Assembly: GCA_963814295.1 (NCBI GenBank)
Contig: CAWFCH010000003.1
Coordinates: forward strand, 598,366 to 662,365
DNA from: an uncultured Chloroflexia bacterium
GTDB lineage: Bacteria > Chloroflexota > Anaerolineae > Anaerolineales > Anaerolineaceae
Direction: 5' to 3'
DNA: 64,000 nt
This document shows, in pieces, positions 60,314 through 64,000 of the stretch; within the stretch, counting starts at the first letter, position 1; the number at the start of each line of letters is the position of its first letter. Under the pieces are notes generated by a model that saw only the letters and a program-made list of their open reading frames with translations, had not been told where the DNA came from and did not search any database. Both the position numbers and the translations under genes were made by a program.

Positions 60314-60418
60314 TCCGGTCATCTTGCTCACGGCGCATAAACCAGCCTGTCTGCATTGCAGGATTTTTTAGGGGTAAAAAGGCAGGAAAAACAGGGGGAA
60401 CATCTTTGGAGGTGTGTT

Positions 60419-62194
60419 ATGAGTGAGAAACAGATAGAATTTCCATCTCAGATCACCGTACGCGATCTGGCGCAACGCATGGAAGCCAGTCCGATACAGG
60501 TCATCAAGGTCCTCATGTCAAATGGCGTGATGGCCAACATCAACCAGCAGGTTGATTTTGATACTGCTGCAATCGTCGCCTCAGAACTGGGTTTTGAGGC
60601 CATCCCTGTATCTGTTAAAGAAACAACTACCGTTGAAGATACAGGAGAGGTTCCTGAATGGCGTAAATTGATCGAGAATGAAGATCCCGCCAAGTTGATC
60701 AACCGCCCGGCGGTCGTCACCATCCTTGGTCATGTGGACCATGGTAAAACCACCCTGCTGGACGCGATCCGCCATACGAATGTTGCCAGCGGCGAAGCCG
60801 GCGGAATCACGCAGCATATCGGTGCCTACCAGGTGGAACATAAAGGTAAACTGATCACCTTCCTGGATACACCGGGGCACGCGGCATTTACTGCCATGCG
60901 CGCCCGTGGTGCGCAGGGGGCTGATATTGTTATCCTCGTGGTTGCCGCGGATGATGGCGTGATGCCGCAGACGCGCGAAGCCATATCCCACGCCAAGGCT
61001 GCCAGGGTTCCAATTATCGTGGCGCTTAACAAAATGGACCGCCCGGATGCGAATCCCGATTTCGTCAAACGCCAGCTCGCAGAAAATGGCCTTGTTCCGG
61101 ATGAATGGGAAGGAAATACCATCGTCGTACCCGTATCCGCCAAACAAAAGAAGGGATTGGAAGATATCCTTGAAGCTATCCTGTTGGTGAGCGAAAGCCT
61201 CGATATCAAGGCTAACCCGCAAGGGACGGTCATTGGCACAGTAATTGAAGCCCAGGTGGATAAAACCCGCGGTGTCATCGCCACTCTACTGGTACAGAAC
61301 GGCACACTCCAAACCGGAGACACAGTCATTGCCGGAGAAACTTACGGCAAGATTCGCGCCATGCTCGACTTCACTGGTAATAAGGTAAGAAGCGCCCCTC
61401 CCTCCACGCCCATCCAGGTGCTGGGTCTTGGTAACGTACCCCCTGCTGGAGAGCTTTTCCAGGTGGTAACGAACGAGAAGGAAGCCCGCAGCTTACTGGC
61501 TACCCGCGAATCGGAAAAAATCAACGGTGCGGTGGTATCCACCAGGACAACACTCGAGCAATTGTTCGAGAAATTCCAGGCCGGAGAGATTCGTGAATTA
61601 CCCCTCATTCTCAAAGTGGACGTCCAGGGATCCATGGAACCGATCGTGAATTCTCTCAATGAACTGAGTCAGGGTGAGATCAAGATCAATGTCATCCACG
61701 CGGAAACCGGAAATATCAGCGAAAGTGATGTGATGCTGGCTGCCGCTTCACGTGCCATCCTCCTTGGGTTCAACGTGATCACTGACCAGGCTGCCCGCAA
61801 CCTGGCTGAGCAGGAAGGGGTTTCGATCCGCTTGTACGAGATCATCTATCGCATGATCGAGGACATTGAAAAAGCCCTCAAAGGCATGCTGGAACCGGAA
61901 ACCCGCGAGATCCCGGTAGGCACCGCCCAGGTGCGTGCTGTTTTTAAGATCAACAAAGTGGGAACTATCGCCGGCTGCCGCGTGCTTACCGGAGAAATAC
62001 GACGCAATGCCCGCATCCGCCTGGTGCGTAATGGAGCCACCCTGTTTGAGGGCGAAATTTCTTCTCTAAAACATGAAAAGGATGACGTCAGGGAAGTGCG
62101 CCAGGGATTTGAGTGCGGCGTCTCGTTGAAAGGATATAATGATATCAACGAGGGCGATCTTCTTGAAAATTTCACAATAGAAAAGTCCGGCTGA
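60419..62194 (+). CDS. infB: translation initiation factor IF-2
   Basis: GTPase motifs [17 protein letters not shown] and NKMD, plus the C-terminal domains. The ATG at 60419 follows GGAGG. Confidence 0.9.
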   Translation: MSEKQIEFPSQITVRDLAQRMEASPIQVIKVLMSNGVMANINQQVDFDTAAIVASELGFEAIPVSVKETTTVEDTGEVPEWRKLIENEDPAKLINRPAVVTILGHVDHGKTTLLDAIRHTNVASGEAGGITQHIGAYQVEHKGKLITFLDTPGHAAFTAMRARGAQGADIVILVVAADDGVMPQTREAISHAKAARVPIIVALNKMDRPDANPDFVKRQLAENGLVPDEWEGNTIVVPVSAKQKKGLEDILEAILLVSESLDIKANPQGTVIGTVIEAQVDKTRGVIATLLVQNGTLQTGDTVIAGETYGKIRAMLDFTGNKVRSAPPSTPIQVLGLGNVPPAGELFQVVTNEKEARSLLATRESEKINGAVVSTRTTLEQLFEKFQAGEIRELPLILKVDVQGSMEPIVNSLNELSQGEIKINVIHAETGNISESDVMLAAASRAILLGFNVITDQAARNLAEQEGVSIRLYEIIYRMIEDIEKALKGMLEPETREIPVGTAQVRAVFKINKVGTIAGCRVLTGEIRRNARIRLVRNGATLFEGEISSLKHEKDDVREVRQGFECGVSLKGYNDINEGDLLENFTIEKSG

Positions 62195-62224
62195 AAAAGG
62201 TCATTGAAATAAAGGAACTACACC

Positions 62225-62599
62225 ATGCCTACACCATTAAGATTGAGACGCATCGGCGACCGATTCCGTAAGGAATTATCCGAGATGCTGGTAAAAGAAG
62301 AAATACGAGATCCAAGATTGAGTGGGATTTCCGTCACGGAAGTAAAAATTGACCGTGAGTTATCCTACGCTGATATCTATGTATCAGCCGTTGAAGGTGT
62401 TTCCAGATCTAAAGAGGTCCTTGAGGGACTGGAAAGCGCCAGCGGCTTTATCCGCAAGACGCTAGCAGAGCGCATCGACCTGCGCGCTTTCCCGCGCCTG
62501 CGCTTTCATTGGGATATCACCCCTGAGCGCGCAGACCGGATCGAGCAGTTGTTGGCTTCCATCCGTGAAGAAGAAAAAAAGCAGAAGAAAAAGAAATGA
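62225..62599 (+). CDS. rbfA: ribosome-binding factor A
   Basis: 124 aa with R..R....L...L.......DPRL and ...LRFHWD, ending in a lysine-rich tail. Confidence 0.9.
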   Translation: MPTPLRLRRIGDRFRKELSEMLVKEEIRDPRLSGISVTEVKIDRELSYADIYVSAVEGVSRSKEVLEGLESASGFIRKTLAERIDLRAFPRLRFHWDITPERADRIEQLLASIREEEKKQKKKK

Positions 62600-63582
62600 T
62601 CGACCACGAGATCAGTGAATTAATCCAGCGATCGCAAAAGATCGGCATTACCTCTCACGTCCATCCTGATGGAGACGCGATCGGATCTGTGCTCGGTCTT
62701 GGGCTGGCATTGACTGCCGCTGGAAAAACAGTAGAGATGGTGCTGCGCAGCGGCGTTTCGAAAACCTTTAAACACCTGGCGGGCGCTGATCAGATCAAGA
62801 AATCCTTCTCGTCAGAAAATGATATTTATATTGTCGTGGACTGCAGTGACCTTGATCGTACTGGTGAAGTGCTCAACGACCATCCGGTGGATATCGTGAT
62901 CGACCATCACATCACCAATAAAGCATTCGGAAAGCTCAACCTGATTGAACCTGAATCTGTTGCCGCATGCGCCATCCTGGCGGAACATTTGCCCAAATGG
63001 GGGCTTACGATCGATGCTGACGTTGCAGCCGCATTGCTTTCAGGTATTATCAGCGACTCCATCGGCTTCCGCACCTCTAATACAACGGCTTCGTCGTTAA
63101 GGATTGCAGCTGATTTGATGGATAAAGGGGCTGATATCACCAGGTTATACAACAAAGCGCTCATCAGCAAATCTTTCGAAAGCGTCAACTACTGGGGATA
63201 CGGACTCGCCAAGCTGGAACGTGAAAATGGATTGGTGTGGACAACCTTATCGCTTGAAGACCGTCGCAACGCGGGTTACCAGGGTGAGGATGATGCGGAC
63301 TTAACCAATATCCTTTCAAGTATCGAGGATATCGATGTAGCCGTCTTGTTCATTGAGCAGCGACAGGACCTGGTAAAGGTAAGCTGGCGTGCTCGGCCTG
63401 GGATAGACGTGTCCTCCATTGCCGATTCCCTCGGCGGGGGTGGCCACCCTGCCGCGTCTGGTGTGGAAATTAAAGGGGACTTGTTACAGGTTAAGGAAAT
63501 GATCTTAAATAAAACACGGGAATCCCTCCGGAAAGAGCACAACGACACCGGAACTTCCCTGGGTTCAGAGAGAACGGAGTAA
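62596..63582 (+). CDS. nrnA: DHH family phosphoesterase (NrnA-like oligoribonuclease/pAp phosphatase)
   Basis: HVHPDGDAIGS, DHH and GGGH motifs. The ATGA overlaps the rbfA stop. Confidence 0.8.
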   Translation: MIDHEISELIQRSQKIGITSHVHPDGDAIGSVLGLGLALTAAGKTVEMVLRSGVSKTFKHLAGADQIKKSFSSENDIYIVVDCSDLDRTGEVLNDHPVDIVIDHHITNKAFGKLNLIEPESVAACAILAEHLPKWGLTIDADVAAALLSGIISDSIGFRTSNTTASSLRIAADLMDKGADITRLYNKALISKSFESVNYWGYGLAKLERENGLVWTTLSLEDRRNAGYQGEDDADLTNILSSIEDIDVAVLFIEQRQDLVKVSWRARPGIDVSSIADSLGGGGHPAASGVEIKGDLLQVKEMILNKTRESLRKEHNDTGTSLGSERTE

Positions 63583-63586
63583 AAAG

Positions 63587-64000
63587 ATGGAAAATAGTAG
63601 CGGGTATGATGTAAAGAATGCAATATCGGGTGTTTTGGTCGTTGACAAACCAATAGGCATGACCTCGCATGACGTGGTACAGGTGATCCGAAAAGGTTCA
63701 AACATCAGGCGAGCCGGTCACACTGGCACGCTTGACCCGCGTGCTTCCGGCGTTCTGGTGGTGCTGGTTGGCCCCGCAGTGCGGTTGAGCGAATATGTCT
63801 CCGCTTCGGATAAACGCTACCAGGCAGTGCTCATGCTTGGAACCACTACAGATACTTATGATGCTGATGGAAAAACAACATCCTCCTCACCGGTGAATGT
63901 TACCGAAGAGCAGTTTGATAGTGAACTTCAGAAATTCGTCGGACAGATCGAACAGGTTCCCCCACCGTACTCTGCTGTGAAAGTGCAGGGTCGAAAAGCA
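63587..64000 (+). CDS. truB: tRNA pseudouridine(55) synthase, N-terminal part (3' end outside window)
   Basis: Own translation from ATG 63587: ...GVLVVDKPIGMTSHDVV...RRAGHTGTLDPRASGVLVV...YQAVLMLGTTTDTYD. Confidence 0.85.
   Translation, partial: MENSSGYDVKNAISGVLVVDKPIGMTSHDVVQVIRKGSNIRRAGHTGTLDPRASGVLVVLVGPAVRLSEYVSASDKRYQAVLMLGTTTDTYDADGKTTSSSPVNVTEEQFDSELQKFVGQIEQVPPPYSAVKVQGRKA

Noticed and set aside
59565-61222. Long minus-strand ORFs (59565..60176, 59888..60331, 60581..61222, 60826..61329) opposite nusA, ylxR and infB.
   Set aside because: They are antisense shadows of highly conserved genes, with skewed composition and no independent support.
1-64000. A CRISPR array, rRNA genes, transposase/IS elements or an integrase.
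   Set aside because: No regularly spaced short direct repeats were seen, no rRNA-like conserved stretches, and no ORF with DDE, tyrosine- or serine-recombinase motifs in any frame of the supplied track.

Overview
This window reads as a moderately GC-rich bacterial chromosomal segment. The gene content is compatible with a Chloroflexota/Anaerolineae-like monoderm (many LysM/M23, DUF4349, DUF3048 and PD40 lipoproteins), but that is only an inference. About 50 protein genes are present, mostly housekeeping. They include a SAM-I riboswitch-controlled metH plus HcyMT-MTHFR fusion operon, fhs, gyrB, tsaD, an exonuclease-DinG helicase, an ECF sigma/anti-sigma pair, and the nusA-ylxR-infB-rbfA-nrnA-truB operon. 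The most unusual part is 35.9-42.3 kb. A canonical tRNA-Leu(UAA) is followed by a rearranged full-length tRNA-Leu-like copy that has a compensated acceptor stem and a 30-nt insertion in the T arm. Four same-strand copies of a modular ~55-nt element (GC hairpin, 30-nt spacer with an invariant 17-mer, then the tRNA 3'-end 11-mer) partition two visibly AT-richer gene cassettes. One cassette carries a decayed DUF262/DUF1524 (GmrSD-like) gene, and no integrase is recognisable. The second theme is a non-random set of frame breaks: two of three tandem LysM-M23 peptidase paralogs, selA, the GmrSD-like gene, a FecR-domain protein and a sulfatase-like gene are broken, while all long core genes are intact. 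No CRISPR array, rRNA or recognisable transposase was seen. All calls come from reading motifs in the supplied translations and the DNA by eye, and no database search was run.
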